From: Nanobdellota archaeon
GTDB lineage: Archaea; Nanobdellota; Nanobdellia; Pacearchaeales; GW2011-AR1
Reading direction: 5' to 3'
Assembly: GCA_038045945.1 (NCBI GenBank)
Contig: JBBSXC010000004.1
Coordinates: forward strand, 192,001-256,000
Length of the DNA: 64,000 nucleotides
A program made the translations under genes and the position numbers. Of this stretch, positions 50,053 through 60,536 are shown piece after piece (position 1 is the first letter of the stretch; the number at the start of each line of letters is the position of its first letter). A model generated the notes under the pieces. It worked only from the letters and a program-made list of their open reading frames with translations. It searched no databases and was not told where the DNA came from.

Positions 50053-50589
50053 TTATTCTTCCTTAACTTTTTCAACTTCTAAATGCCTAATCTCACAAAG
50101 AGCAAGAGGATAAACTTTCTTAAGACGTGTAAGCATCAACTTCTGAATTTTAGACTGAATAACATCAGAAAAAACATCCTCAGTGGACTTGTCCTTACAA
50201 TAATCCTTAAGAAATTCAATAGTAGCAACCCTTAAAGCATTACGAACAGCACGAGAAACTTCCTTCCTAGTAATAAGAAAAGGCTTAATTCTGAGTTTAC
50301 CATCACTAACATCAACAACGAAAGAATCCTCAACATAACTACTACGCTTGCGAATCATCCTACGAATAAAATAAGGAAGCAAACGCATCATTTTAGGCTT
50401 AGCAACAGCCTTACCATCAACAACATTAATATCAAAACTAGCCTCAACACCCTTGCCTCTAAAAATTCTAGTAAGATCAAGCTTCAAATGACGACCCTGA
50501 AGGTTCTCAAGCTCCACAGCATAAACACTAGAAGTCTCACCAAGCAAAGGGACCTCAACTTCAAAAAACTTTTTTTTAATATTAGCCAT
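50053..50589 (-). CDS. rps3ae: 30S ribosomal protein S3Ae (eS1)
   Basis: KKKFFEVEVP, IRRMIRKRSSYVEDS, KKVYPL..CEIR. Confidence 0.9.
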   Translation of the reverse strand: MANIKKKFFEVEVPLLGETSSVYAVELENLQGRHLKLDLTRIFRGKGVEASFDINVVDGKAVAKPKMMRLLPYFIRRMIRKRSSYVEDSFVVDVSDGKLRIKPFLITRKEVSRAVRNALRVATIEFLKDYCKDKSTEDVFSDVIQSKIQKLMLTRLKKVYPLALCEIRHLEVEKVKEE

Positions 50590-50620
50590 GGTTTAATTAT
50601 TTTAATAACAGTTTATAACT

Positions 50621-50929
50621 TTATTGCTCAAAAACTATTTTGCTAACTCTACGACTCCTAGCAGGTTTAGATTTTTTGCAAACAGCACAAGTATACATAA
50701 CAACAAGCCTCTTAGTAGCCTTAGTCTTACGTTTCCATTTAGTAACAGCAGGTTTACTCCATCTTCCTTGATTACCGTAACCCCTAGCTCTACCCCTAAG
50801 TCTAGCACGAATCTTACTACCATACTTTAAACTACCTCTCTTATGACCAGTACTAACCAGAACGATCTTCTGCTCAGTCTGCTTATGGCAATAAGGGCAA
50901 AGCCTATTTGTCTTCTTAGGAAGCTTCAT
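50621..50929 (-). CDS. rpl44e: 50S ribosomal protein L44e (eL42)
   Basis: MKLPK..CPYCHK, GYGNQG, KATKR, CAVC. Confidence 0.92.
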   Translation of the reverse strand: MKLPKKTNRLCPYCHKQTEQKIVLVSTGHKRGSLKYGSKIRARLRGRARGYGNQGRWSKPAVTKWKRKTKATKRLVVMYTCAVCKKSKPARSRRVSKIVFEQ

Positions 50930-51017
50930 AAAATACACTCAAATTATTTGGTTTATAAATCTATGGTCATGATGGACCCATAGTCAAGCATATAAACCTC
51001 CGCCCATTATTAATGTC

Positions 51018-51395
51018 ATGGTTAGGGTAGTATTTGATAAGGGAAAGCAGAAGGAATTTTTTGATTTAATAAAAGAAAAGATAAAACTCTTATCACTAAG
51101 ATCAATAAACCAGTACGGGATTGAAACAAACTACTCCACAATTAAGAACTATTATAATGAAAAAAGACTAATGCCTGAATCATTACTCAAAGAACTATGC
51201 TACTTAGCAAAAATAAACATTGAAGAGTTAAAAGTAAAATACGCTAATGATAACTGGGGTCAAATAAAAGGGGGAAAGAAAGGGATAATAACACTAAGAA
51301 AAAATTATGCTAATAAAGTAGCCTTTTGGAGAAGAAAAGGGGGAAAGGCCAAGGCAAAAAAACATGAAAGCAAGCTATCAACAATCTTTATATAA
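51018..51395 (+). CDS. Hypothetical basic protein, possible HTH
   Basis: YSTIKNYYNEKRLMP and WGQIKGGKKG...WRRKGG; immediately upstream of tRNA-Val. Confidence 0.6.
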   Translation: MVRVVFDKGKQKEFFDLIKEKIKLLSLRSINQYGIETNYSTIKNYYNEKRLMPESLLKELCYLAKINIEELKVKYANDNWGQIKGGKKGIITLRKNYANKVAFWRRKGGKAKAKKHESKLSTIFI

Positions 51396-51420
51396 GGATC
51401 TAGATTTTCCATTTAAACTC

Positions 51421-51494
51421 GGCCGTATAGTCTAGCTGGTTACGACGCCTCTTTGACGTAGAGGAGATCCCTGGTTCGAATCCAGGTACGACCA
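51421..51494 (+). tRNA. tRNA-Val(GAC)
   Basis: Anticodon arm CCTCT-TTGACGT-AGAGG; T arm CCTGG-TTCGAAT-CCAGG; one acceptor-stem mismatch. Confidence 0.9.
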
Positions 51495-51541
51495 TGTCCT
51501 TGACGTGGACAATTCCGCAGTTCGATCCTGCGGTAGGGCCA
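51495..51541 (+). other. tRNA-Val(GAC)-like 3' fragment
   Basis: TGTCC-TTGACGT-GGACA and CCGCAG-TTCGATC-CTGCGG then TAGGGCCA, directly after tRNA-Val. Confidence 0.7.
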
Positions 51542-51641
51542 CCCAATTTAAAAAAAAACATTTTCTCTGATGAGGGGTCGGTTTTTTGGTTCTGCATGGG
51601 ACCATAAATAATTAAAGCACTAAGATAAATAATTATTCGTT

Positions 51642-51953
51642 ATGCTTAAAAGAACTACAGTTTACTACGATTCTAAAACGGCAGACCCGACAACTCCTGG
51701 AGTAAGCCATTTAATAATCGAAGAAGGAAAAATAGGTTACATTACAGCAACACTCTACATCACTAGAAGACTAGAGGTATCTCTTAAAGAAGGACAAAGA
51801 CTAGTGCCCATTGGTGAAGCAAGAGAAAAGTATGATTTTAGGGAAATAATGCCCCCATATATTGATCAAAGAGCAATAAGAGAACTTGAAGAGGAGAGAG
51901 ATCAAGAAATAAGAGAAGGAATAAGTAGAAGAATAGGAAGAAAAGTAGCTTAA
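51642..51953 (+). CDS. Hypothetical protein
   Basis: 103 aa ORF with AT-rich promoter-like sequence upstream. Confidence 0.55.
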   Translation: MLKRTTVYYDSKTADPTTPGVSHLIIEEGKIGYITATLYITRRLEVSLKEGQRLVPIGEAREKYDFREIMPPYIDQRAIRELEEERDQEIREGISRRIGRKVA

Positions 51954-51997
51954 CAACGGTAAGCAATCTTTATATATCGTTAATTACTAATTCTTGA

Positions 51998-53896
51998 ATG
52001 CTTATTAAAGGGGTAAATAAGAGGGGACAAGTAACAATTTTTGTCATCATAGCACTAGTAATATTGGGAGCAATAGGAATATACTTAGCAACAAATTATT
52101 CTACAACGAATCAAGGAATACCAGAACAATTCCAAGAATTAGAAGAATACTACAATTCATGCATAAAAGAAATAGCCAGTGGGGGAATAAGTATAATAGA
52201 AAACAACGGAGGATTTATAGAAGAACCAGAACTAATAAGAGGAAACCCACAAGAACCATTATCCTCAAAAATAAATTATTTAGGAGAAACAATACCCTAC
52301 TGGTTATACCTAAATGACGGAAAAATAGTAGAGCAAGCGCCAACAAAAAATTCTATGCAAGAACAAATAAGCAAATACATAAAAAACAGAATAAATGAAT
52401 GCAACTTTGAAGATTACTCAAGCCAAGGATACATAATAGAAAGGGGAGAAAACCCTGTAGTGGAAGTAACAATCAATAACAAAGAAGTAACAACAAAGGT
52501 GACAGATCAATTAGTGTACGCAAAAGAAGAAACAAAGCAGCTGGTAAGCAACCACGAAATAAGAATAGACAGTAATCTGGGAGCACTATACAATAAAGCA
52601 ATAGAACTATACAACAAAGAATTACAAAACGAATACTTAGAAAATTATACTGTAGACATGATAAGACTATACGCACCAGTTGATGGAGTAGAAATATCAT
52701 GCTCGCCAAAAGTATGGAAAGAAAAAGAAGTATTCGACGAATTAAGAGAAGCAATAGAAGCAAACACACAACAAATAATGCTGGACTCAGGAAAAAATGA
52801 TGATTCAATGACAACAAAAGAAAAATATTTCACAATACCAATAAGCAGCGACGGACTACAAACATACATGCGATACTCAAAAGACTGGCCAACAAGCATG
52901 AAAATACACCAAAGCGACGGAGGAATACTAATAGCAAACCCGGTAGGAAACCAAGAAGGATTAGGAATACTAGGATTCTGCTACGTACCATACCACTTCG
53001 TATACGACCTAGACTACCCACTAATGATACAAATATTCGATGAAAACAGTGAAGAGATGTTCCAATACCCAATACAAGTAATAATAAGATCAAACCACGC
53101 AAGACAAGGAATAAACCAAGTATACCAGGGACTAGAAAACACAATCTGCAAATACAAAGTAAAAAGCATAGAAGTAAACACCTACGATGAAGAAACATTA
53201 ATGCCAGTAGAAGCACAAATATCATTCAAATGCCTAAACGAAGGATGCTACTTAGGGGAAACAAGAACAGACACAAACAATAACGCAAAAGCAACACTTA
53301 ACGCACCACAATGCGTTAACGGATTCTTAACAGCAACAGCAGAAGGATACAACAAAGGAGAATACCAAATATCAACAAATAACGAAACAATAGCAAACAT
53401 ACTGCTAAAAAAACAATACACACTAAACATAAACGTAAAATACGATGACGGACAAGAAGTAAAAAGCAACGCATTCATATACCTAAAACCTGCAAGAGGA
53501 AACGGAGAAGTAAAAACAGTGGTTTGGCCAGAACAAAAAACAATAACTATAACAGAAGGAGAATATAACATAACAGCATACGCATACGAATTGTCAAACA
53601 TAACACTACCAGGAACAAAAGAAAAAAAGTGCTTCCAAGTACCTAGGCCAGGACTATCAGCAGTACTGGGACTAACAAAAGAACAATGCTACGACATAAC
53701 AATACCAGGACAAAAAATAAGCACGAGCATAAGTGGAGGAGGAAAAACAAACTATTACTTCACACAAAGCCAAATAAGAACACAAAAAAACGTACAAGTA
53801 ACAATACCAAGAGGGCCAACACCAAGAACAATAGAAGCACTACAAACAGCATACGCAATAGCAGACAATAAACAAATAACAATAACAACACAATGA
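51998..53896 (+). CDS. Large class III signal-peptide protein
   Basis: NKRG/QVTIFVIIALVILG; Cys pairs; beta-rich C-terminal domains. Confidence 0.8.
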   Translation: MLIKGVNKRGQVTIFVIIALVILGAIGIYLATNYSTTNQGIPEQFQELEEYYNSCIKEIASGGISIIENNGGFIEEPELIRGNPQEPLSSKINYLGETIPYWLYLNDGKIVEQAPTKNSMQEQISKYIKNRINECNFEDYSSQGYIIERGENPVVEVTINNKEVTTKVTDQLVYAKEETKQLVSNHEIRIDSNLGALYNKAIELYNKELQNEYLENYTVDMIRLYAPVDGVEISCSPKVWKEKEVFDELREAIEANTQQIMLDSGKNDDSMTTKEKYFTIPISSDGLQTYMRYSKDWPTSMKIHQSDGGILIANPVGNQEGLGILGFCYVPYHFVYDLDYPLMIQIFDENSEEMFQYPIQVIIRSNHARQGINQVYQGLENTICKYKVKSIEVNTYDEETLMPVEAQISFKCLNEGCYLGETRTDTNNNAKATLNAPQCVNGFLTATAEGYNKGEYQISTNNETIANILLKKQYTLNINVKYDDGQEVKSNAFIYLKPARGNGEVKTVVWPEQKTITITEGEYNITAYAYELSNITLPGTKEKKCFQVPRPGLSAVLGLTKEQCYDITIPGQKISTSISGGGKTNYYFTQSQIRTQKNVQVTIPRGPTPRTIEALQTAYAIADNKQITITTQ

Positions 53897-53924
53897 AAAC
53901 AGGTAAATTTTCAAGCATTAAATT

Positions 53925-56900
53925 ATGGAACAATTTAACACAATGAAAGTAAAAAAATACTATTTTTACATAACAATAATACTGTTATCAATAATAGCAA
54001 TAACAAACGCAGAAGCAATAACAAACTTCCAAACATTCAACCAAGAAAGAGGTCTAGTAACAAACAACTTCTGGGACATAAACCAAAAAAACGCTATATG
54101 TCAAACAGGACAAGACATGATACTAGAAATAATACCCGGAAGCTGCAGCCCAAGCGTAGTACGAAGCGACTTATTAGAAAGCCAAAACGTACCAGTATTT
54201 TGCCAAGTCACAGGAATAAAAATAAATCCATCAGTAGACCTAGGAAAAATAGCATCAGTAAGCTTCGCAGGAAGCGGAGGACTACCAGAAGGAGTGGCAG
54301 GGATATCATTCTACCCATACAGAGCAGCGGTAACACAAACAAACAACCTATTCACATCAGGAGGAGTAGCAAACATAGGAAACAGCTTAGGATACGTAGT
54401 AGTAGTGCTAAAACAAACACCAGTAGAAAAAGACATGCCAGGGGCAATAATGTTAAACCTAACAGCAAAAATAAGTTATGACGTAAAAAAAGTTTATGGG
54501 TCGGGAAAAGTAGAATACTTCCTACAACAAAACACTGACGAAGAATGGAACGAAAACTACAAAGAATACGGAATATTCAAAGGACAACAATACCTAAGAC
54601 TAGAAGAATTATCAATTGACGGAACGCAAGCAAAAGTAAGCATATACAAAGACAAAGACACAATAATAAATTCAATAAACCTGAGATTAGGAGAACAATC
54701 AAGCCTGCTAAACATACCCGGATTCTACTGCGGAGCAGGAATAAGGATGAAACTAACAGGATCAGAAGCACCAAGAAAAAAAGTACAATTACAAGTGGAC
54801 CAAGACACAATATGGCTACATGAAGGACAAAAATTCCTAAACGAACAATGCGTCGTACGAAGTATTGAAATAACAAACAGAACAAGAAATAACGGGCTAG
54901 AAAAAGGGATAGTAAGAATAAGCTGCCCTAAGGGAAGTTACGAACTAGAAATAAGCGAATTAGACCAAAGCCTAGGGACACAAAACATAGCCTGGGACAA
55001 AGTATTAGCAGGAATAAGCTCAGACCCAACAAAAAAACAAATAATAGAAAGTTTTGAAAAAGCAAAAGAAGAAGCATACCTAGTAGCAGACCTATACACA
55101 AGCGAAAAAAGAAGCAATAACGAAAATTACAAACCAGGACAATTCTACGGCCTTTCAGACTTGCAAGAACTGGCAATAACAGCACAAAACCTAGGACAAT
55201 ATAAAACAGAACTAGAAATACAAGAAAAAATCATAAGCAAATATCCTGGAACAATTGAAGAATTAGAATCACAAAAAAGGATAGGGGAACTAAAAAACTT
55301 TTCATACATAAAAGCAAACGCAATAACAACAGTAGACTTCTCAATACACACAATAACAATAAAAAATTATAAGAATCCAGCAGTAAGCGAAGCAAGCGTA
55401 GAATTTGACAGACCAGCAGAACCAAGGATAATAGGAGACTACATATACACAACAGACAAAAACCAAACTGCTGGAGAAGCAGCAGAAACATGGGTAAGGA
55501 TAAGAGAAATAAAAAAAGACTCAATAATACTACAAGCAAGAATAACAGAAACAATAAAAGACGCTAACGGAAAAGAAACAAAAAACGTTAGAAGCGCAGA
55601 CTACACGATGACAGAAGGACAAACACTAGCAACAATAAACGGACTAAACCTGCCAGGACTAATCGGGGGAATTAACGGAAACAATGTACAACTAAAAAAG
55701 ATTAATCTTAAAGTAGAAGCAAAAGTAGAAGTGGTACCAGAAATATTACAAACAGGAAGCAGCAGCAACTTCACATTCAAAGTAGCAATAGAAAAAAGAG
55801 GAATAAAAATATCAACAGAAAAAACAGAGGAGATGATAAGAAACATTAATGAATCAATAGAAAAATTCACAAAAATAACAGAAAAATTAGGCCAGGCAGT
55901 AGAAACAGGAAAAGCAGCATGCCTAGCAGGAAGCTCAGCACTATTCATTAAAAACTTCATAGCAAATGCAGGAGGAGCAGCAGGCTCAAGAGCAGAAGTA
56001 ATGAACGGACCAGACGGATGGTACCAAAAATGTGATAGGTTAGTAAAAAGTAGCCCTAGCCAATACAACAACCTAAACGACTGCTTACTAAAAAACAACG
56101 CAAACATACAAGAAGACGTAACAAAATGGACAGAAGCAGAAAAAGCAGTTAATACACAATTCGACAATGTGTACAACAAAGAAAACATAACAGGATCACA
56201 ACAAGAATTCATAAAAGTATTCGCAAACGACGTGTGCGGAGGAAAACTAAAAGACAAACAAATAACCATTGAAGAAAAAACAAAAATCATTTGCGGACAA
56301 GGAGGAGTATTCGAAAACAAAGAAGCAGTAATAGCGGCTTATAACCAAGGAGACTTCACAATAGCAGACGCAAAAAAAGTAATGACTGCATCACAAACAT
56401 ACGGAGGAGCAAACACGATAAGCCAAAATACTGACACATTAGGAGCGCAAAAAATAAACGGTTTCTTCTCAAACATGCAAAGAAGGCCAGGACTAACAAC
56501 GGCAAACTATGCTGGTGCTTTAGGAACAGCATCTGGAAAAGTATTCTCAGCATACTCGCCAGACACAAGAATAGCAAACGTTGAAGTAATTGAAGTAAAA
56601 GCGGGAGACAAACTAGGGGGGACGGTTGATGTGAAAGAGGGAAGATACACACTAATATCTGTAGCACCAGGAACAAGATTCGCCGACCCTGCATCAACAA
56701 CAAAACTAGCAGGAAAAGTATTAGTAGTGCCAGTAACAACAGACGCATCAGGAAACGTACAATTAAACGAAAGCGACCCAACAAAAAACATAATAATAGA
56801 CTCGAATGGAAAAAATGTGGACACATTCACAAGAGACGAATACGGGCAGGTATTAGGACAAAACAAAATATCAAGCTTCAAATCAATAACAGAATCACAA

Positions 56901-59339
56901 GCATCATGCTCAAACTATTACCAAAACCCAACAGTAAAATACTTCACAAGCGGACAATACAGCGGACTACCAGCAGTAGTACCAATAGATACAGCAAAAG
57001 GGTGGTACGTAGCAACAAAAGACAGCGAACTAGCGCCATACACAGAAGCAGGACAACTAAGAACATTCTGGATTTGTAACGTAGGAAAAGATGGACTAGA
57101 ACAATTCGATTACGACACAGACGACAAACACACATGCTTCCAAGTAAACCTGGATAAAGGAACACCAGTAGACCAAAGCTACTGCTTTAACGAAGCAGAA
57201 ACAAGGCAAATAATCAGCAGAGCACAACAAGCAATCGGGCAAGCAGGAAAATACGACCAAGGAAGAACAAAAACAAACATCCTTGGAACAAACTACAACA
57301 TAGAAAAAGTAGCATCAAGCGCACCAGGAACACAATGCCAAGACTTCATGAGCCCAAGCGATTGTAACATAATGTTCAATCTGTGCGACCCGGTAATATG
57401 CCCAGCAAGCAGATGCGACCTAGGAGGAACATACAGAGTTGACGACGTAATACAATCAGGAATAGCAGGAAGCATAGCACTATGCTTACCAAACGCAAAA
57501 GAAGGAATATATGTGCCAATATGCTTATCAGGAATATACGCGGGCCTGGACGCATACACAAGCGTGCAAAAAGCACACAGAGACTGCCTACAAAATTCCC
57601 TCGCAACAGGACAATACACAGGACTGTGTGACGAAATAAGATCAGTATACATGTGCGAATTCTTCTGGAGACAAGCAACACCAATAATAAAAGCAGGAAT
57701 ACCAAAACTAATAGAAGGATTAACATCAAGCAACACCGCAAGAGCTGGAGGAGAATACTCAAACTTCCAAAAAGCATACACAACAGCAGACCAATCAGTA
57801 AACTACTTCACACAAGTATACGGACAACAAGCATTCTCAGCATTCAAAATAAGAAGCACGGCAGACATAGGAACACAAGTATGCCAACAATTCGCATCAG
57901 CAAACTACCCAGACAGCGCAAGCATAATAGACTCACTAATAAAACCAGAAAGCCCAGTACAATTCTACGCACAATTCGACGAAATACCATACAGCGAAGC
58001 AACAGTACCGCCAACAAGCCAATACAACGTATTCTACCACATATACGCAGGAAAAGAAAAAGGAACATACTTCACAGTATACCTAAAGAACCCCCCACAA
58101 AACGGGCTATACGCAGGACAAGAAACAATACTAATAAACCAAGGGTTCATACCAGCAGGAGAATACGATTCACAAAAAATAGAAAAAACACTACCATCAG
58201 GATACAGAGAACTATGCGTAAACATTAACGGAAAAGACGAATGCGGATTCCAAAAAGTAACAACAGACTACGGAATAAACACGCTAGGAGACAAATACGC
58301 ACAAGAACAAGCAACAAACCAAGCAGTAACAAAAGAAGAAGAATGCATAAACGGAGACTCAAGCATATACTCACTAGCAAATTCGAATCTAGAAGCAGGT
58401 CTGGATAATGCTCTAAACCCTGCAATATACCAACAAGGAATAATAAGAATGTGCTCTGCACAAAACCCAGGACAAAACGCAGGAGATAACACAGGCCTAG
58501 AAACAGTAAGGTGGAAAGACGTAGGATACTGCACAGACCAAAAAATAAGATGCTGGTTAGACACAACAAGCGTGAAAGAAGTAATAAAAAACAAACAAAT
58601 ACAAAACCAAACAATAGAACAGGTAAGCCAACAACTTGGAGAACCATCACAAGGACAAGCAGAACAAAGAATAAGCGCAGCACTAGGAATAATAAACGGG
58701 GTAACATTCGCAGCAATACAACCAGCACAACTGTATCCTAGCATAATTGACCCAATGACAGAAATAGAACAAGACGCATTCCCATCATTCACAAAAGTAC
58801 GCGCAACAGACACAAAATTCCAAGCATTCATAAAAATAGTAAACGGGCTATACGCAGGACAAACAATAAACAACATAAATACAATAAGCACAAATGTAGC
58901 AAACGCAACAGCACAAATAAAAAGAGACTGCGAAATAACAGGGTACACAATACCCCCAGTAAACCCATTAACTACAGGAAAAACATTACCATTCCTAATA
59001 AACTTCGCAGGACAATGCAACGATTGGAACACAACAACAGTAGAGCTAATAAAAATTGGAGATCCGAACTACGCAAACCAAGATTTTACTCAACAAACAT
59101 ACCAGCATCAAATTGATTTGCAAAAAGAAAAAGGAGTATTCTCACAAAACATAGCGCTAACAGAAAAGGGAAAATATTTCCTAAAAATAAGTTTAACATA
59201 CAAAGACTCACAAGGAAGAACATTCACAGAAATAAGTTATAACGGAAAAGGAAAACAACAATTCGAAGTAATAGACGGAGGAGCAAGCGGAGCGACAAAC
59301 CAAAGTCCAGGAGCTCCAGGAACTTTAGGAAACCCCTAA
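53925..59339 (+). CDS. Giant secreted Cys-rich protein (1804 aa)
   Basis: Signal peptide ending NAEA; dense Cys clusters (CQDFMSPSDC...CDPVICPASRC); no C-terminal TM helix. Confidence 0.8.
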   Translation: MEQFNTMKVKKYYFYITIILLSIIAITNAEAITNFQTFNQERGLVTNNFWDINQKNAICQTGQDMILEIIPGSCSPSVVRSDLLESQNVPVFCQVTGIKINPSVDLGKIASVSFAGSGGLPEGVAGISFYPYRAAVTQTNNLFTSGGVANIGNSLGYVVVVLKQTPVEKDMPGAIMLNLTAKISYDVKKVYGSGKVEYFLQQNTDEEWNENYKEYGIFKGQQYLRLEELSIDGTQAKVSIYKDKDTIINSINLRLGEQSSLLNIPGFYCGAGIRMKLTGSEAPRKKVQLQVDQDTIWLHEGQKFLNEQCVVRSIEITNRTRNNGLEKGIVRISCPKGSYELEISELDQSLGTQNIAWDKVLAGISSDPTKKQIIESFEKAKEEAYLVADLYTSEKRSNNENYKPGQFYGLSDLQELAITAQNLGQYKTELEIQEKIISKYPGTIEELESQKRIGELKNFSYIKANAITTVDFSIHTITIKNYKNPAVSEASVEFDRPAEPRIIGDYIYTTDKNQTAGEAAETWVRIREIKKDSIILQARITETIKDANGKETKNVRSADYTMTEGQTLATINGLNLPGLIGGINGNNVQLKKINLKVEAKVEVVPEILQTGSSSNFTFKVAIEKRGIKISTEKTEEMIRNINESIEKFTKITEKLGQAVETGKAACLAGSSALFIKNFIANAGGAAGSRAEVMNGPDGWYQKCDRLVKSSPSQYNNLNDCLLKNNANIQEDVTKWTEAEKAVNTQFDNVYNKENITGSQQEFIKVFANDVCGGKLKDKQITIEEKTKIICGQGGVFENKEAVIAAYNQGDFTIADAKKVMTASQTYGGANTISQNTDTLGAQKINGFFSNMQRRPGLTTANYAGALGTASGKVFSAYSPDTRIANVEVIEVKAGDKLGGTVDVKEGRYTLISVAPGTRFADPASTTKLAGKVLVVPVTTDASGNVQLNESDPTKNIIIDSNGKNVDTFTRDEYGQVLGQNKISSFKSITESQASCSNYYQNPTVKYFTSGQYSGLPAVVPIDTAKGWYVATKDSELAPYTEAGQLRTFWICNVGKDGLEQFDYDTDDKHTCFQVNLDKGTPVDQSYCFNEAETRQIISRAQQAIGQAGKYDQGRTKTNILGTNYNIEKVASSAPGTQCQDFMSPSDCNIMFNLCDPVICPASRCDLGGTYRVDDVIQSGIAGSIALCLPNAKEGIYVPICLSGIYAGLDAYTSVQKAHRDCLQNSLATGQYTGLCDEIRSVYMCEFFWRQATPIIKAGIPKLIEGLTSSNTARAGGEYSNFQKAYTTADQSVNYFTQVYGQQAFSAFKIRSTADIGTQVCQQFASANYPDSASIIDSLIKPESPVQFYAQFDEIPYSEATVPPTSQYNVFYHIYAGKEKGTYFTVYLKNPPQNGLYAGQETILINQGFIPAGEYDSQKIEKTLPSGYRELCVNINGKDECGFQKVTTDYGINTLGDKYAQEQATNQAVTKEEECINGDSSIYSLANSNLEAGLDNALNPAIYQQGIIRMCSAQNPGQNAGDNTGLETVRWKDVGYCTDQKIRCWLDTTSVKEVIKNKQIQNQTIEQVSQQLGEPSQGQAEQRISAALGIINGVTFAAIQPAQLYPSIIDPMTEIEQDAFPSFTKVRATDTKFQAFIKIVNGLYAGQTINNINTISTNVANATAQIKRDCEITGYTIPPVNPLTTGKTLPFLINFAGQCNDWNTTTVELIKIGDPNYANQDFTQQTYQHQIDLQKEKGVFSQNIALTEKGKYFLKISLTYKDSQGRTFTEISYNGKGKQQFEVIDGGASGATNQSPGAPGTLGNP

Positions 59340-59405
59340 GTTAGATTTAATAATAAAAGTAAAAACTTGATAAATAAAAATAAGTAATCTTCTAAGAAAA
59401 AACTT

Positions 59406-60299
59406 TTAAGGCCTTTGCTGTGGTGCACCAATAGCTCCAGGGTGACCAGGTCCGGGTACAGCAGGCTTTAATCCTCTATTAGCAACATAAGAAGCAACAT
59501 CTCCCTTCTTAAAGACAACAACGTGACCATAAAGAGTAGGATTAGAAGCACTAGTGCCATTTCTTTCAAGTTGGAAACCTTCCTTACCATCAACTCTAAC
59601 AAAGTAGAAAGGAAGAACATCAGTTTGTTTAAGAGTGTTATGGAATTCTTGATCCTTACTCATAGGGAAAACAACATAATTTTGACCAACGCCAAGAGTT
59701 TGAGTAACAAAAGGCATGTTAGCTTCAGTTATAGTTTCAAGAGCAAGATTTGAAGTTGAAGTAGCAGCATTCTTAATTTCAGGCATACTCATTGATGGAA
59801 CAAGAAGTCTAGCTAAACCATCACCAGCAGATAAGTCCCTAACTTTCAAAGCTGGCTTATTAGGATTAGTAAGATCAAATTCAGCAACATAAGGAACATA
59901 ATTTTCTCCAGCAGGAGAATCAATAACAACTTTACCGCCAGGAATTCCTACTTGAGTAACAGAGATTCTAGCTTTATCAGAAGGAATCAATGAAACAGCA
60001 GGAAGATAATCTCTATCAACAACTTCGCCCTTAGGCCCAGTTAAACCAACAGCATAAGCGTTAGCATCATACATTTTAACTCTTGGAACGCCAAAAACAT
60101 CCTCACTAGCAGCATCAACATTACCTAATTGGTAATCAGAGAAAGCGTTATGAGATAAAGGGGTTTTAACAGGTGCAGAAGGAACAACAGGGGTTGTTGG
60201 TGCACGAGGAGTTCTAAGAGGATTAGTCTTACAACCAGCTAAAGTTGATAATGCAAGAGCGCTAACAAGAGCGCTTGATTGAACTAATCTTTTATTCAT
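59406..60299 (-). CDS. Putative lipoprotein
   Basis: Signal peptide ending LAGC, then a Pro/Thr linker. Confidence 0.65.
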   Translation of the reverse strand: MNKRLVQSSALVSALALSTLAGCKTNPLRTPRAPTTPVVPSAPVKTPLSHNAFSDYQLGNVDAASEDVFGVPRVKMYDANAYAVGLTGPKGEVVDRDYLPAVSLIPSDKARISVTQVGIPGGKVVIDSPAGENYVPYVAEFDLTNPNKPALKVRDLSAGDGLARLLVPSMSMPEIKNAATSTSNLALETITEANMPFVTQTLGVGQNYVVFPMSKDQEFHNTLKQTDVLPFYFVRVDGKEGFQLERNGTSASNPTLYGHVVVFKKGDVASYVANRGLKPAVPGPGHPGAIGAPQQRP

Positions 60300-60381
60300 A
60301 AAAATATATTAATAAAAGAGGTTTATAAATCTTTCTTTTTGTTGTAATAATAAAGTAGTATCAAAATGATTAAATTTTTTA

Positions 60382-60465
60382 TGCGGGAGAGAGGGATCGA
60401 ACCTCCGAAGGCACTAAGCCATACGCTCCTAAGGCGTATCCGTTTGACCGCTCCGGCACTCCCGC
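60382..60465 (-). tRNA. tRNA-Leu(TAG)
   Basis: Anticodon arm TACGC-CTTAGGA-GCGTA; long variable arm; A73. Confidence 0.93.
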
Positions 60466-60536
60466 ATTATAATGTCGCGGGGAAACACGTTTAAAAAGTT
60501 ATGGAATAAACAAAAAAATATTCTTTGATAGAATAA

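Noticed and set aside
51400-51597. 65-aa minus-strand ORF (likewise 41728..41925)
   Set aside because: Both overlap tRNA genes and are spurious.
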